The position numbers and the translations under genes were made by a program. Of a stretch of 64,000 bases of DNA, positions 63,221 to 64,000 are shown piece after piece. This DNA comes from Octopus sinensis (lineage: Eukaryota): contig NC_042997.1 in the NCBI RefSeq assembly GCF_006345805.1, positions 212,970,001-213,034,000 on the forward strand. The letters are read 5' to 3'. How positions within the stretch are numbered: the stretch's first letter is position 1; each line of letters starts with the position of its first letter. The notes under the pieces are model-generated. The model was given only the letters and a program-made list of their open reading frames with translations. It was not told the origin of the DNA and searched no databases.

Positions 63221-64000
63221 GTAAATATAATATGTGACAATTATTCGGTAGCCATGATAAAACTCCGAGTTTCAGAATTCGGGGCGGAAACCCATGCTGG
63301 CATCACTTCAGTTATCGGACCATCGAAAAAAATTCTATGAAAATGACCATTAAAACAAAGGGAACTTACTGTGTGATTGACCATTATCAAGACGAAAGAG
63401 CTATTAGAATGACCGCTAAGTAAAGGGAGGGAGTAAAAGTAAGGGAGTAAAAATGTTCATAGTAATCGCATAAGCGTGCATGTCCATACATACACATGTG
63501 CGCCTGCACACCCATGTACATGCACCTATAAGTATATACTCATCCACCCTCACTTGAAACACACACATGCTCGTATACACACATGCATACACACACACGT
63601 ACACAAAAAAGTTCATACACACGTCTATAAATGCACATGCACAAGAAAAAGCAGGGTTAAAGGCAAAATACAGAAAAATGTGTAAAAAAGTGTAAAAAAT
63701 AAGCAATAAGAGTAAAACACGTCTATGTACGCACATACTCGCATGCATGCATACACACACGTCTATACATGCACATACCCGCACACACACACATCCACGC
63801 ATGCGCACAAAAAATTTCATATACACCTCTATATACACACAGGAAAAATGCAGGGTGGAAGGTAAAATACAGAAATCCTTTGTGCAGGTTGTTCAGGAAG
63901 AAATTTCAGAAACATTTTTCTTGGACTACGAAAGCCTACACTCAATCATACATATCATCATCATCATCGTTTAACGTCCGCTTTCCATGCTAGCATGGGT

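Overview
Repeat-dense, AT-rich animal genomic DNA. The SINE/LINE complement (tRNA-derived SINEs, an abundant RTE 3' end with an (ATG)n tail, R4/Dong-like elements) suggests an octopus or other cephalopod; this is inferred from repeat content, not searched. No long intact host ORF is present. Most ORFs in the supplied track are microsatellite artefacts or decayed transposon fragments: RTE, CR1, R4/Dong, Chapaev3-like, mariner and LINE ORF1. The window also holds Helitrons, hAT/piggyBac/Merlin/Tc1 MITEs, solo LTRs and a Crypton-like hairpin element. The most striking signal is a ~6.15 kb array of ~63 copies of a 98-bp unit (6056-12208). On the minus strand every unit reads as 3' splice site + 50-nt exon (open only as ILLGNLIEGFGQTNYK) + GTAAGT donor, i.e. 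a massively amplified exon cassette. It has a codon-conserved diverged paralog ~250 bp downstream, and phase-compatible small candidate exons lie on both sides. Also notable are a structurally complete Penelope-type hammerhead ribozyme (54149-54231, minus), multimeric SINEs, and two CpG-rich solo LTRs carrying NRF1/YY1 motifs. All exon calls come from splice-site reading by eye and need RNA evidence.
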